Origin: Camelus ferus | Taxonomy: Eukaryota | DNA: 64,000 nucleotides | Direction of reading: 5' to 3' | Assembly (NCBI RefSeq): GCF_009834535.1 | Contig: NC_045697.1 | Coordinates: 113,276,001-113,340,000, forward strand | Shown: positions 12,561 through 25,550 of the stretch, piece by piece | Position numbering within the stretch: the stretch's first letter is position 1 | Layout of the letters: every line of letters starts with the position of its first letter | Notes under the pieces: generated by a model | What the model was told of the DNA's origin: nothing | Databases searched by the model: none | Seen by the model: the letters and a program-made list of their open reading frames with translations, nothing else | Translations under genes and position numbers: made by a program

Positions 12561-13994
12561 TAAAATTATAAATTTGATAGGTTGATTATGCACAAGGTAG
12601 ATTTCTGAATTTTCTTTTCTATGCATAAAACTATCTGAGAGACACCAAAGAACTTTTATCAACAGTACCAAATATAGTGCTTTGAATGATGCAAAAGTGT
12701 AACTTTTTACATTAAATTCTGTATGCTCAGGGAAAATCTATTTGGAGGATTTTTTTTTTTTTTTTGGAGGAGGATAAAAATGTCATCTCTTGTAATAAAA
12801 AGAGGATTATTTATAATGCTTTCTATTTATCTGGTTTAGTTCAACAGTTTATCATATTGCTACTGAATACAATAAAACAAGGAATCCTTTAAATAAACAC
12901 AACTAAATTTAAATAAACAAAAATCATCAGCCATTCTAAATATCATTCAACAAAGATACATATTCTTCTTTAATTATCCATTATTAATTTCATCACTTCT
13001 AAAAAAACATTTCAGGAGTAGGTAGAATGCAATAAATAAAACATACTGGCATAGAAATAATTCCATGTTAATTAATGAGTATCTTCACCATGTTGAAGAC
13101 ATAGTTAAAAGTTTTAAATGCTTCCTAGATTTCTACTTTTCCCACTATTTAGTCTATCTTTGCATTTTTCCATATGTATACTAAAGGAAGAAAATAATTG
13201 CAATAGCATCATAATTCTAGAGAAAGAAAAAATTATTTTGAAAATAGTATAAGCTTAGTTGAGCACTTATTTAAGATACACAAACCTTTGGAAACTTTTA
13301 AGCACTGAAGGCAAATAATTGCCTGAGCCATAGGTCATCTAGTTCTTATTTAACCTGAGTTATTATATTACTTGTATTCTTAATATTGTTCTTTTTACTA
13401 TTTTTCTTGGATTAAAACTTTCCCAGAATTTCAGAGGTGACTCCTTTGCCCCTCTTGATTTGATAAGAATAAAATAGAATATTGTGCTAAGTCTGAGGTT
13501 TTTATTTTCAAGGAGAACACTGAAAATCTAGAGAATGTCCCCTGTTTCCATTCATTCACTCACTCATGTGTACATCAAACATTTATAGAGAATTTGCACG
13601 GTCCAGGAAGCATAAAAGTCACTTGTTAAGATAACAAGACATTCTTTTTAAGAGTTTGAAATCTATTGAAGGCAACTTTGAAAAGCTTGCTCCTTTTCCT
13701 CTGGGATGACCTCTAGAAGATATAAGATCAGTAAGGGTATCATCAAAATTCATAGAATCATGAAATAGAACAAACTACTTGCAGGTTCTTTAAGAGAAAA
13801 CCATCAACTACAGAGCTTGCTTAACCACAGAATTCCCAGAGAGTTGTATTTAACTCCACAGGTTAGTTTGCAGTTGCTGTGTCATAAAATTCACTGCCTT
13901 AGCAAGAACTGGTGTTTGCAAGGGAAATTACAAAAAGGAATTCTGTACATAGTCCATTAACTAGGTATTTCTGGTCAAATTTTAAAGAATATAT

Positions 13995-14590
13995 TGTTAC
14001 CAAACTCAGGTTTGGCTGTTCGCCACTTGAGAGCCAATACTTGGGAGACAAGTGTGGGTGGAAAGGAAAGGTTGCTTTATTCAGGAAGCCTGCAACTTGG
14101 GAAGAAGGTGAATTCATGTCCAAAAACCAACTCCAAAGATCCTGGTGAACTGTGAGAGTTTTTAAAGGGAGAATAATTCAGGGAGGGGATCAAAATCTTC
14201 CTTATCTTCCACTGTGGGTAGACTTTCTCCTGATTGGTTGGTGGTGAGGTCACAGGGCGGTGCTCCAAGAATCTTGTGCTCAGCCTGAAGTCACCATTCT
14301 CCACCTGGGAGAGGGCCTTAGTTCCTGCAGAAGAATTCAAAGGTATTGTTATGTATATTCCTTGAGGAAGAACCAAGATCCTGCCCCATCCTGCACTATT
14401 GTTTCTTGACTGCTTCTCCTTTGTTTCTTCATTCTCTCTCTTCCTTGATTAATAACTGTTTGAATCTGCCTCTGGAACTCAGGGACGGTCAAGGAGGCTG
14501 AATGAAACGTAGTTCCTACAAACAAGAAATGGGAACATGGAAAGGATTTGAATCCAGGAGGCCCCTACATGGTCCAGCTCAGTTTTGACA
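13995..14590 (-). mobile_element. ERV1-type solo LTR
   Basis: TG...CA termini, minus-strand AATAAA (TTTATT at ~14077), near-match 4-bp flanks ATAT/TTAT. Related to the LTRs at 19324 and 21204. Confidence 0.75.
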
Positions 14591-14789
14591 TTATAAAAGC
14601 TAGCTGATTTATATCCTTAGAATTCTGTCTTATTAAAAAATAAGCACATATACTATTTCTGGACCAGACCTTATTTGATACTTTGTTATGGGACCAGAGT
14701 CTCAGATCACTAAGATACAAGGGCAATAAGTAAATGTTTTTACTCTTTATGGTCCTTTTGGAAAAAAAAATAATATTTTCAGTAATTCT

Positions 14790-17235
14790 AATCCTAACTA
14801 AGAACTAGAAGTTCTGGACAAAAATAAAATAATACAAAATAAAATCTACTTGAAAACATAGGAAAGCTGCCAAATAGCAAATATGTGTGAGACCAAGATC
14901 CTGGAGAAGATGGAGGTTCAGAGAGGTGAGTCCAATATCTGTCAATTCCAAAAGTAACGATGGGCACTGTGAAGCTGAGACTTTGATAGACTCGTGAGGT
15001 TTTGGCGATAAAAAACTGGGTTTTAGGAATGACAAAGAAGGAGTAAACCTAGCAAACATTACAGGCTTTGTGCCAGGACCATGAAGGGCCCCATGCTAGG
15101 AATCAAGGGTGAATCATAAATAAGGCTCAAATTAGAATCATTTCAATCCTTGATTAGATTAAGATGACCTGGGATTCCTAGTACCTTAGTAGAAGGAAAG
15201 TAAATTCTCTCTGGGCAGACATATCCTCCAGAAATTCAAGTTAGCTATACTTTTTTTTCATAAAAAAATGCCAGACATTAAAAGAAAAATCACCAGGTCT
15301 AATAGAATCAAAAGATAATAAATGAATCAAAATATGGGTCAGAAAAAAAAATTGTCCAAACTGAAGTATGAGAGACAAAATGATGGAAAATACATAAAAG
15401 AGCACAAGAAACATGCAATGAGGTAAAGGAGTCTATCACATGTAAAATTGGAGTCCCAGGAAGAGGAGAGAGAGGCAGTGGGACAGTGGTATTGCTTGAA
15501 GAGGTAATGTCAGATTTTTTTCCCAACTGGTTCTTGACAAAGAGCTGAGAAAAGTCCCTGGTGGCTCAGACAGGGGAAGAAAAGAGTAATCCTTGTGGAA
15601 AACACTGAGAGCTTTCTCCATAAAAAGATCTACTCTTTGGAGGAAAAATCTCAGCAGAGCCTTATCCCAAGTGAGGGAAAAACATTCATTTCCCTTTGGT
15701 CCCCTCTAGCCTCTCTTTCCCACATATAATGGGAACCACTTGGGAAGGTAAGCCTCCAAGGACACAGATTCACCCCAAAACTGAGATTTAATTTTAGGAT
15801 TATAGAATGCTTCCTCTCCCCAATAGTTTACCACTTACTATCAGGGCTTCAATATAACAACAGTGGATTACGCTGGAAGAGCTGTAAGAAACAGACTCTA
15901 AGGGGAGTGATCACTTAGGAAAATCTAAAGCCAATAGAGAAGAAAAAAAAAAGGGAGGTGGTTAGAGAAACTTGAAGCCTCTGGTACTTAGAGCTACAGA
16001 GACATTAAACACAAGTGAGTTCCTAGCCAGATTAATATAAAACTTCATACTGACTATTTACCTGTCTTATTACCTGATATATCATGTGAGGCTTTTTACA
16101 AAAAAAATTACAAGTCATGCTAAAAAGCCACAGAAAAGCAGTCTGAAGAGATGCGGACTTAGATATGACAGATCAGAATCAGACTTAGATATGACACAGA
16201 TGTTGAAATTATGAGACAGGGAATTTAAATACTATGATTAATATGTTAAATGCTCTCATGGAAAGAGTAGACAACATGTAGGAACAGATGGGTAATATAA
16301 ATGGTACCCCAAAAGGGGAAGGGAAAAGATCCTGGTTCTTGTCTTACCTGAACAATATGAATACAGACAGGAGATGGAGCATTGTGTAGAGAAAAATTTT
16401 AAAGTATTTATGTAACAAAGGGAAAGTACACCTTCAAGAATGGGAGGAGGGCTGATCCAAGAGCGGATAGCAATGGTCTTGGTTTGCCCCCTTCTCTTAT
16501 ACTCTCGCTTAGAGGTGGCCTCTTGATTGATTGACAGTTCTTTCCCCTAGTGTGTCTAGTCATCTTAGTCCTCTTTGTGCATGTCCTTACCCATGATACA
16601 CACACAAAAACCCATGGTGAGGGTAAGGGGTGGGGGGCTAAACTGCAATGCTAATTATATTACAACGAGCATTGGTTCATGGCCACTTAGGTTCTTGTCA
16701 CTACTGCGCAGTTGGGGTTGTCAGATTCTAACCAGTTTCTTGCTAGCACTTATTTAGAACAAGTAAAGCCCCTTTATGTTGGAGGCGGGCGTACCACCAT
16801 CTTTCAGACCATCCTCCTTCTCCTCCACCTTATGTGCCAGGTTTCCCCACTTATCTAACTACCTAACATAAACAGAGAGATGGAAATTCTAACATTGAAT
16901 CAAAAGGAAATTCTAGACATAAAAAACACTTAGATATGAAGAATGCCTTTAATGAGCTTATCAGTAGACGGGACATGAGAAGGTCAGTGAGCTTGAGAAA
17001 GGGTCACAGAAACTCCCCAAACAAAATGCAAAGAGAAGAGTGAAAAGAACAGAATAAAGTACACAAGAACTATGGGGCAATTTCAGAAGGTGCAACATAT
17101 GTGTAATTGAAATACCAAATAGAGAAGAAAGAGAAGAATGGAGTAGAAGCAATATTTAAAGTCATAATGGCCAAGAACCTTCCAAAAGTACTGACAGATA
17201 GCAAGTCACAGATCTAGAAAACTCAGAAAACACCA
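14790..17235 (+). mobile_element. Old L1 5'/ORF1-region fragments, interrupted by an LTR at 16302-16868
   Basis: L1M ORF1-like text GACAACATGTAGGAACAGATGGGTAATATAAA|CAGAGAGATGGAAATTCTA is split by the insertion. Confidence 0.6.
16302..16868 (-). mobile_element. ERV1-type solo LTR inserted in old L1
   Basis: TG...CA termini (minus strand starts TGTTAGGTAGTTAGA) with a perfect 4-bp TSD TAAA (16298-16301 / 16869-16872). Confidence 0.8.
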
Positions 17236-17746
17236 AGTGGGTAGATTCACCCAAAGGGGTATGTGTGAGAATCCATGGAGTAGGAATAAAGCTTTAGAGC
17301 CTCCAGTTATATTTAGCTTTATTTACAAGTATTTTGGAAAAAAAATAAGCTTTACTAATATTGAATTATGTGGATTAACACTGGTGCCCTCATTCTATCT
17401 TCAGATTAGTCCTGAGTTCCCTGTAATAAGGGAAGTTTTCTGGATGAAAGATGGGGGTTCTCCAGCACAGAGGGCTTCACAGGACAATCCTCCCTGTCCC
17501 TTTGTTTGAAGTTATATGGTAACACACCGAATTCTGAGTGTGACTTAAGTGGACCTATGGCTTATATATAGTTTTATGATGTGTAATATGTGATAGATGG
17601 TTTTAACTAAAGTAGACCTTATCATATGTACAAGTGGCTTTAAAAATTGTTTTAAGAAGCCAGGCTTGACAGTGATGCTAGTAAAGCAAGGAGGGAAACA
17701 AGAAGATGGCAGAGCTGAGGATCCTATTTCTTAGTAAGAGCCCTTT

Positions 17747-17975
17747 TGATAGTTAAAAAATACTATATTATATAATTCAAAGTGGCTAAGAGACCAGATC
17801 TTAAATGTTCTCATCAAAAAAAAAAAAATGATAATTTGGGGAAGTGATGGAGGTGTCAGCTAACCCTAAGATGGTCATCATATTGCAATAGATAAGAGTA
17901 TTGAATCAACATGTTGTACATCTTAAACTTACCCAATGTCCCATGTCAATTCTATCTCAATAACTTTTTTTTTAA
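17747..17975 (+). mobile_element. Short L1 3' end with TSD
   Basis: L1MA-like 3'UTR. TSD AAGAGCCCTTT (17736-17746) / AAGAGCTCTTT (17976-17986). Confidence 0.75.
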
Positions 17976-18911
17976 AAGAGCTCTTTCATCCAATGTATTA
18001 CAAGATGAAAACAATGGCAGTCTAAACAGATTTTATAAAGTTGGGCAAAAATGTTCAAAATTATCAAGGAAGACTCTTTGAAATATGCTTTCATATCTAC
18101 TATCATTCATAATTAACTTGTTCTAAATGTTTACGTTTACATGATGATTTTGCAATGCTTCTTTTTCAGCTATCACAGTAATGAGATCAAGCACCAATGT
18201 GATCGCAATTGGCTGTAGGAAATATAATGCAGAGATATGAACAGTGCCTGGATATTTGACAATGTGAAGGAATGTTTGCTAATTTTTTCCTCTTAATGAT
18301 GTTGTGGTTTCTTTGAAAAATATCTACCTTTAAGAAATACACGTTTGAAATATTTACAAATGAATTATATGGTATCTGAAATTTGTTTAAAAATAATCCA
18401 GGGCAGCGGTCAGGGGGAGTGTGTAGATAAACCAAGGTTTCTATGAACTGATAAGGATTGAAATGGGTGAGGAATACAGAGGGGTTTCTTTTGGTTTTCT
18501 TGGTATTGAGTCTATTTGTCTAACTATTAAAATTTTCCTGTTTTAAAGGTTAAAAAACCTTAATTTAGAATATCATTGTTAATTTGTTGCATCATAATGC
18601 CGACACAGTCCTTTTAAATAATAAAGCATATTCAACAGCATTGCTCTCACTAACTTATTAAAACTTAAATGTATTCAATAAAAGCAAATTTTTTTGTATG
18701 ATTAATTTTAAAGTTTGCATTGCCTTTAAATTTGAATTATTTCATAGTGGGCATTATTTTATATAAAGTTTCCCCTAAAATGCATCATTTCCTAATTTCT
18801 ATTTGAATTCACTTAATATGATATTAATGTATTATAAGCATATAATTTATAAGTAGATGAATATGCATATTTTAGGGGCACAGACTCTCAAATCATTTTC
18901 TGATGAGCTTC

Positions 18912-19832
18912 TGTATTGTAATTATTTTGAAATTTCTGTATGTTATGATGTTTGACATCTTTAGAAGTACTTTGGTAGCTATGGAGAGACTGCCCCTCCA
19001 GGGCTAGCCAGTTCTGAGATAGGACTCCCTGCCAGGATCATGGCTTTGATGTACAAACCCCCAAGTCCAGAGCCAGACCTCTGGATATATATCCTCTGTA
19101 TGTGGCCCATACACCTGGAGATCATATTCTCCAGCAAAGACTCTGGCCTGAATCCCCCTTACTCCTGATATCTGTCTCTTGACCTCCCACCCCCACCCCA
19201 GAGGCTTGCCCGCCATGGCTCCGTGTGGCCGCCCCCAGCACCTGTGGGTATAATACACTTTGCTGTTTTCTCAGCCTCTCCTCCATGTCTTCTTGTAGCA
19301 CACCTGTCTGGCCATCTCAAAAGTGTTACCAAGTCCAAATTCATTCTGCTCGCTGAATGATAGACCAATAAATTGGGAGCTGAGGTGTTGGGGCAAGGAA
19401 TAATGACTATTCAGAAAGCCAGCTGGGAACATGGGGGACTAATGTCCTGGAGAACCATCTTCCCCTCAGTTAGAATTCAGGCTTCTTTTATACTGAAAAA
19501 GGGAAGGAGTGTGTGCTTGTTGCAAACTTCTTGGTGCTGGAATCCTTTGTTCTTGCAGCTGTCCACGTGGGTCAGGTCATGGTGTCCCTGTAAACCTCCA
19601 ACAAAATAAATGTTATTTTCTATTCTGCAACTTTTAATCTTTATATGAATGGGAAGGTGTTATATCCTTAAAGGCTATACTGTATAAGTCAGGCTCTAAG
19701 CAACATTCTTTTATAAAAAGTGCAGAGCCAGCAAGACTAAGCCTAGGAAACAAAGCACAGGGTTAAAACCAAAGGAATAGATCTAATATGGAGTCAGAGT
19801 AGTTCTTTTCTATTACAAATGGGTACAAAACA
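18912..19832 (+). mobile_element. MER39-like ERV1 LTR, split by a younger LTR at 19324-19817
   Basis: GGAGAGACTGCCCCTCCAGGGCTAGCCAGTTCTGAGATAG motif recalled from MER39/MER34-type LTRs. The tail GGGTACAAAACA resumes after the insert. Confidence 0.55.
19324..19817 (-). mobile_element. ERV1-type solo LTR (same family as 21204-21722)
   Basis: TGTTACCAAGTCCAAA...TATTACA; aligns along its length with 21204-21722; flanks AAAG/AATG. Confidence 0.82.
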
Positions 19833-20570
19833 GGTGCATATACCCCACCCCACAAAAGGTTGGAGATCACTGCCCTAGAAGTTATCCAGTCCACCTTCAA
19901 GCACGAGGGGCTTCAATATTCTCTTAGTCTCCACTTGACCTTTTCCAGGATGATTTTAAACTCAGTACCTCTGGAAGCTTTTTCTTCACTCCATCCTTCA
20001 AATATCACCTTCCCATGATATATGCAGTAAATACTCCACTGATGGCCATCATCATTTAATTCAGAGAATCAAACGAGAAAATTTAAACATGGAATCTAGA
20101 GGAAAACAAAGTATTTCCTGTAAAAATTTTCCCTCAATCTTTAGTAAATCTCAACAAGGCAGTGTGAAAATAATTTTCTCTGACCCAGCAAACAAACAAA
20201 CAAACCACAAAAGATCTGTTTTCACTGTTTCTTCCCCCAATTGGAAATGATGACAACTGCTACAGTCTAATTGGCAGGCTCATGAAACCATTCAACTGTC
20301 AATTGACCTCTGTTTAGCTTGCATGCTGCTTCTTTTTAAAAGAAAATATTTTTTCTCAGGAAAGAAAAATTATTTTCAGTAACTTCAAGACCGAATTATA
20401 GGCAACATACAGAAATACTCAAAACTGGCCTGTCAACTGAAATTAAGAAAAAGGGTTATGTAAACCTTGGCTTCAGACAGAACTGAAAATAAACAAAAAT
20501 GAAATGTAAGATATGTGTTGAGTGTATTATCCACCTGGGTTAGTGCTATTCCAAAAATACTCAAGGTTTC

Positions 20571-20628
20571 CTTTTCTCTCTTCTTTTTTAAATTTCAGCT
20601 TTATTGAGGTATAATTGACATACAAGTG
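20571..20628 (-). mobile_element. Ultra-short (~58 bp) L1 3' tail insertion
   Basis: CAGCTTTATTGAGGTATAATTGACATAC is the antisense L1 terminus. TSD ACTCAAGGTTTC (20559-20570) / ACTCAAGATTTC (20629-20640). Confidence 0.75.
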
Positions 20629-21203
20629 ACTCAAGATTTCATGGCACCATCCTCTCTTGTGCACCTGGCTTCTTCAGATGCAGCTCTTGAAGCACAGGTG
20701 AGTCTGGGGCGGCGAGAGGTGGGGGCAGCCCTGCTCACAGGGATGTTCCTCTAGGTAGAGGTGATTTGAGGTTCAGTAGAAATTCTGAGGCGGCATTAGC
20801 CCAGGTGATTCTGAGCTGTGTCTTTGTGACGGAGACACAACATTTAACAAGGTCAAAAGTGTAAGACATAAAGCAATGAACGCAAAGTCTGATGCAATGG
20901 ACTGGAAGGAAATGGCAAAGAAGTTGCCAGAAGAATAAAGAGTTGAACAAAGATAGATGTAAAAGGTGGTTTGGATCTAGCAGTTCAGTAGGTCTCAGAG
21001 ACCCCTTCTAACCTGGAGCCTGAGCCTGCTGCGGGAGCCGGCTGGCCTGGAAGGCACACCCCACGCCTCCTTTCCCTGTGCCCAACTGCCCTGACTGCCG
21101 AGGTGCTGGGCTGGAGGGTGCTGGATAAGGCCAGAGCCCTGGCGGTGCCTGGCAGACCCGTCTTCTATCCAAGCATTGAGGCTGACTGTCAGGATAGAGG
21201 GAT

Positions 21204-21722
21204 TGTTACTAAGTCCAAACTCATTCTGCTCGCTGCAAGACGGGCCAATAAGTTGGGAGACCAGGTGTACAGGCAAGGAGTAATGATTTTATTTGGAAAG
21301 CCAGCAGACCCAGAAGATGGAGGACTAATGTCCTGGTGAACCATCTTACCCAAGTCAAAATTCAGGCTCCTTTTCTGCTAAAAGGGGAGGGGGTGTGGTT
21401 GGTCGCTGCAAACTTCTTGGTGTAGGAATCCTTTGTTTTCGCAGCTGTCCATGTAGGTCAGGTCATGGTGTCCCTGGAAACTTTCAACAAGACAAATGTT
21501 ATTCTCTGTTCTGCAACATTTTATCTCTATATGAATAGAAAAGTGTTATGCCCTTAAAAGTCAGAGCCTTGAGAATGGGTTTTCCTGTATATTTCAGGCT
21601 CTAGGCAACATTCTTTTACAAAAGGTGCAGAACCAGCGTGACTGAGCACAGGAAACAGAGCACAGGGTTAGAGCCAAAAGAGTAGATCTAATATGGAGTC
21701 AGATTTGTTCTTCCCCATTACA
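21204..21722 (-). mobile_element. ERV1-type solo LTR
   Basis: TG...CA termini, perfect 4-bp TSD GGAT (21200-21203 / 21723-21726), minus-strand AATAAA. Confidence 0.88.
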
Positions 21723-21858
21723 GGATGAGGCAGTTTCGAAAAGTGAGACAGAATCAAGAATAAAGATCCAAAAAGAATATGAAAAAAATGCATATATGTA
21801 TAACTGAATCACTATGCTATACATCAAAAAGTAACATAACATTGTCAATCAACTATAC

Positions 21859-21860
<2 letters not shown>

Positions 21861-21944
<84 letters not shown>
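21861..21944 (+). repeat. Compound microsatellite (GAAA)18(GATA)3 at the tail of a short L1 3' end (~21765-21860)
   Basis: Read directly. Confidence 0.92.
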
Positions 21945-21945
<1 letters not shown>

Positions 21946-22940
21946 GGTAACTTTTGGGACAGACCAAAAAAAAAAAGGAGTGGAGAAAAATGAGATTAAT
22001 ATACAAGGTGAACTGATTCCAGGCAAGAAAGTGTGATGAGATGGCTCACACTGGATCTCTGGTTTGGGTCAAGAACTCCGTCTTCCACTTTGCAGCAGTT
22101 TATGTGGGTGATTGAAATATTCTGGGCTCTTAGTGAATCATGTTTTCCTGTGAGGACTGTGAGGGGTGCAGGGACTTAGCTATAAAGGGGTGTAGTAGTG
22201 GGGAGCACTGCCAGGTTTGGGGGGACAGGTGGCTGGAAAGTCTGGGGGCTATGACTCTGTGGCTAGTGCTTTGAACTTGGTGGACTCATGCAGCAAAATC
22301 CAAAAAGCAGCTGTGCATCTGTCTTCCGCTGCCCAGTGAAATCTGCCTATTGGGAATACATCTTCTGTCCGCGAGAATACTCAATCCCTCAGACTTCTCT
22401 GGTCACTGCAATAAGACAAAGTCCTATTGTGTAAACACAGACACAACTCAGAAATGCAATACATCCCAGATAATAATCAAAACTCTACATTTGATTCAAG
22501 CTAAAATCTTCTCACTTCCTCCAGCTGAAGCCTTCTTTCAGCAGGTTAGTGACAGTGGGAAGAAGGACATGGTCTTCCTTTTCTCCTTCCTCTTGTCCTA
22601 TTGTTTCTCCTTTACCAGCCTGTTACCATCCTAGGTTTTGAATCCTTTCCGTGTTGATGGGAAACAGCAGACAGAAGAGATAAACGATGTGGGGGAGGGG
22701 TTGACAATCACAACAATCTATCAATTTTCTCCTCCAAAACCTTCATTATAAAATTCTTTAACTGTCCATCCTTCTCCTTTTTCAGATTTCTGATATGAGT
22801 CAGGGAGTTTAAGGTTCTCATAGATGTTTGGGCTGTTTTCTTTGAAGTCTACCATCTCCTTAAAGGTAGCACCACATGTCTTGTGGTGCTTCATTCAAAA
22901 GTTCCAATTTGATTCCTGCTACAACTGTGTCATGGAGTCT

Positions 22941-23299
22941 TGTATCTTAGTCAATGTGGGCTGCTGTAATGAAGTACAGCAAACTGAGCGATTTATAAAC
23001 AATAGAAATTCATTTCTCAAAATTCTGGAGGCTTAAAGTTGATGATCAGCATGCCAGCCTGTGGTTGGGTTCTGATGAGAACCTCCTTCCTGTTTGCAGA
23101 CTGTCAATTCTATTTTTATCTCATTTGGCAGAAAAGCAAAGCTCTCAGGTCTCTTTTGTAAGGGCAGTAATCCCATTTATGGTGGCTCTTCCCTCTTGAG
23201 CGAATCATGTCCAAAGGCCCCACTTCCTAATATCATCACATTGGGAATCTGAGTTCAACACATGAATTTGGGGGGAACACAAATATGCAGTCTATAGCA
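22941..23299 (-). mobile_element. MaLR LTR (MLT1A/MST-like)
   Basis: TCTTAGTC...GGGCTGCTGTAA...ATTTATAAACAATAGAAATTCATTTCTCA...CATGAATTTGGGGGGAACACAAA...CTATAGCA. Confidence 0.75.
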
Positions 23300-25389
23300 G
23301 TAGGTATATATCATTCTGTCCACAGGGAAAGATGTTACCCTGTAATCCTGCCTAGAGAATTTATTTTCCTGGAGATGTTCTTCAAGAATCAGGTCCATCT
23401 GATTGTTGTTCTAGTAACAGTGAGCAGTGAGAATGTATATTTGTCCTGAGAGAGTCCAAGAAAGACTGACATCAATTGGTATTCTTAGTCAGATGAGACG
23501 TGGTTAGGGAGACTTTAAAATATCTCCATAGAAACAGGTTTCTAGTGGTTGGAGAGTAGAGGAAGATTGAACACAATAGATAGATGACCATTTCTAAGGG
23601 ACAACAAGAATGGCTGTGGAGATCTTAAGGCAGTCTAAGATTAACTCTCTGCTTCTAACTCTCAAGAGAACTAGAGTATTGGAAGACTAATCCTGTATAT
23701 TTTAACATTTCCAAGAACAGCAAGTTGAATGTAGGAATCACAAAATTTCCAGCCCAAGAAATGGTAAATCAGCCCAACATTTCCCTGTCTCCATGCTTTG
23801 GTTAAAATCATGTCTGGCAATGTTATCTTCATTCTATGACCACTTGGGTGGCTGACTTACAATTCTGTTTTTATGCCACATTAAGGGTTTGCTTTTCTCT
23901 TAAGACAATGGTGAGTTATTGGAGGGTTTTATACCAGAAGGATTATATGATCAGATTTGCATTTCAGAAATCTTACTCTGGCAAGAGTAGAGAATGTGTT
24001 AGAGACAAGTGAAACTGATCCAGTACAACAAAAGTTAAGAGGAAATGGAGGACAAATAAAAAATAAAACTAACAAAATACAGATAAAGCAGAAGCGGGAG
24101 AAATATATGAATGAATCAAGTGAAGGAAGTAATAAACAGTGCTTCTAATCATAATGTGACATATATTAGAAAATCTTCTCATTTCCATTTAACAGGGGCA
24201 TTGTAGGCTTCTAAGTATGTTACACACGTCTACTCATGTCTTTTTAAACATTGAAATAAACTAAGTTCAGTGTGTCAACTCTAAAAATTCCTGAATTCAA
24301 AAAAATTGTAAATAAAAACCAGAGACGGTATGAAATGATATTTCTAGAGAAGGCCTTAGATTTCAGTTTACTGGTGTTTCTTTTCTTTTCTTTTTATTGC
24401 CATGAAATTCTTTCTTCAAATGAACTTTTCTTGAAACCCAGCATGTGCAGGAGATCTGGAATGTCAATCTCCCCACTCCCTCCCCCTCGCCCTGATTGGC
24501 TCCTGATGCACTCTGACAGATCTGTTGAGATTCATCATCTAAAACTGAAATTATATATTGTGAGTCCCATGAGCTCTAGGACCTTTTCTGTTTTCTTTAC
24601 GACTTTATTCTCCATACCTAGCACAGCACCTGACACAAAGTTGGTGCCTGGTGTATATTTATTGAATGAATGAGTGAATGAATATCAAACAGAGAGAATT
24701 AAGTGACTTGGACTAAGTCACACAACAAATTGGTGAAGCTGAGATTTTGTTTATAGTGAGTGACTGGGTAGATGTTGGTGGCTGTAGGGAAAATGGAAAT
24801 CCTCAGGCTCCCTCGCTGGACATCTGATGCCCAGTGACTCAGCAATATTATCCCGCATGCGCAGGACCCGTGTACCATTATGTAATGATGAGTTGTGCTG
24901 CAGAAGTGCAGAGGTTAGCCCATAGGTCAGCCCATAGGTCATAGCTGGCTAGATGCCAGCTTTGTTTGCCTTGATATGTAAGGTGGATGGGACTTTCTGC
25001 CACCACCACCATTGAAGCCTGTGTACTCCTTCCCCAAAATAAAGGCATGTCAGAGATACCCACAGCTTGAAGAGTGTTCTTCAGTCTGCCCAAATCCCGC
25101 ATGAACCTGCCAGGCCTTGAGCGCTTGCAATACAGTGGCATTACCAGGATAGGAGATAAAGGAGGAGACGAATGGGGAAGGGATGCTGAGATCAGTTTTT
25201 GGGTATGAGAGTCTAAATACTTGTGGGGCACTGAGTAGAGGTATCAACAGACAATGAGCTGTTCAGTCTTCTCAGCTTAGACTCAATGGTCTAACCCTTC
25301 AACTCCTCTTGGAAAAGACTTTCTTATGTTTTATTTTTAAGCACCATACTAGTACTATGATATTTCCAGCCCTCACAAGGCCATGAGGG

Positions 25390-25550
25390 CCAGTTTCTTA
25401 AACTTTAATATGCATGCAAATCACGTGGGGAATCTTGTTAAAATGCAGACTCTGATTCAGAAAGTGGGGCCTGAGGATCCACATTTTTAACAAGTTTCTG
25501 GGTGATGCGGAAACACCTTGTCCACCACTACATTTGGAGGAGCAAGGCCT
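25390..25550. mobile_element. MER5-like hAT MITE
   Basis: AATCACGTGGGGAATCTTGTTAAAATGCAGACTCTGATTCAG motif. Confidence 0.6.

Larger units (their letters stand above)
17990..19872 (+). mobile_element. hAT/Charlie-type DNA transposon 3' part, interrupted by L1 and LTR insertions
   Basis: Relic transposase C-terminal peptides CNASFSAITVMR (18151-18186) and IIKHIQQHCSH* (18618-18653). The terminal AAAAGGTTGGAGATCACTG resembles a Charlie4-type TIR. Confidence 0.6.

Noticed and set aside
19324..21722. Two same-family LTRs as the 5' and 3' LTRs of one provirus
   Set aside because: The second LTR has its own perfect TSD (GGAT), and the first has different flanks and sits inside another LTR. The 1.4 kb between them shows no PBS or gag/pol/env-like sequence, so they are independent solo LTRs.
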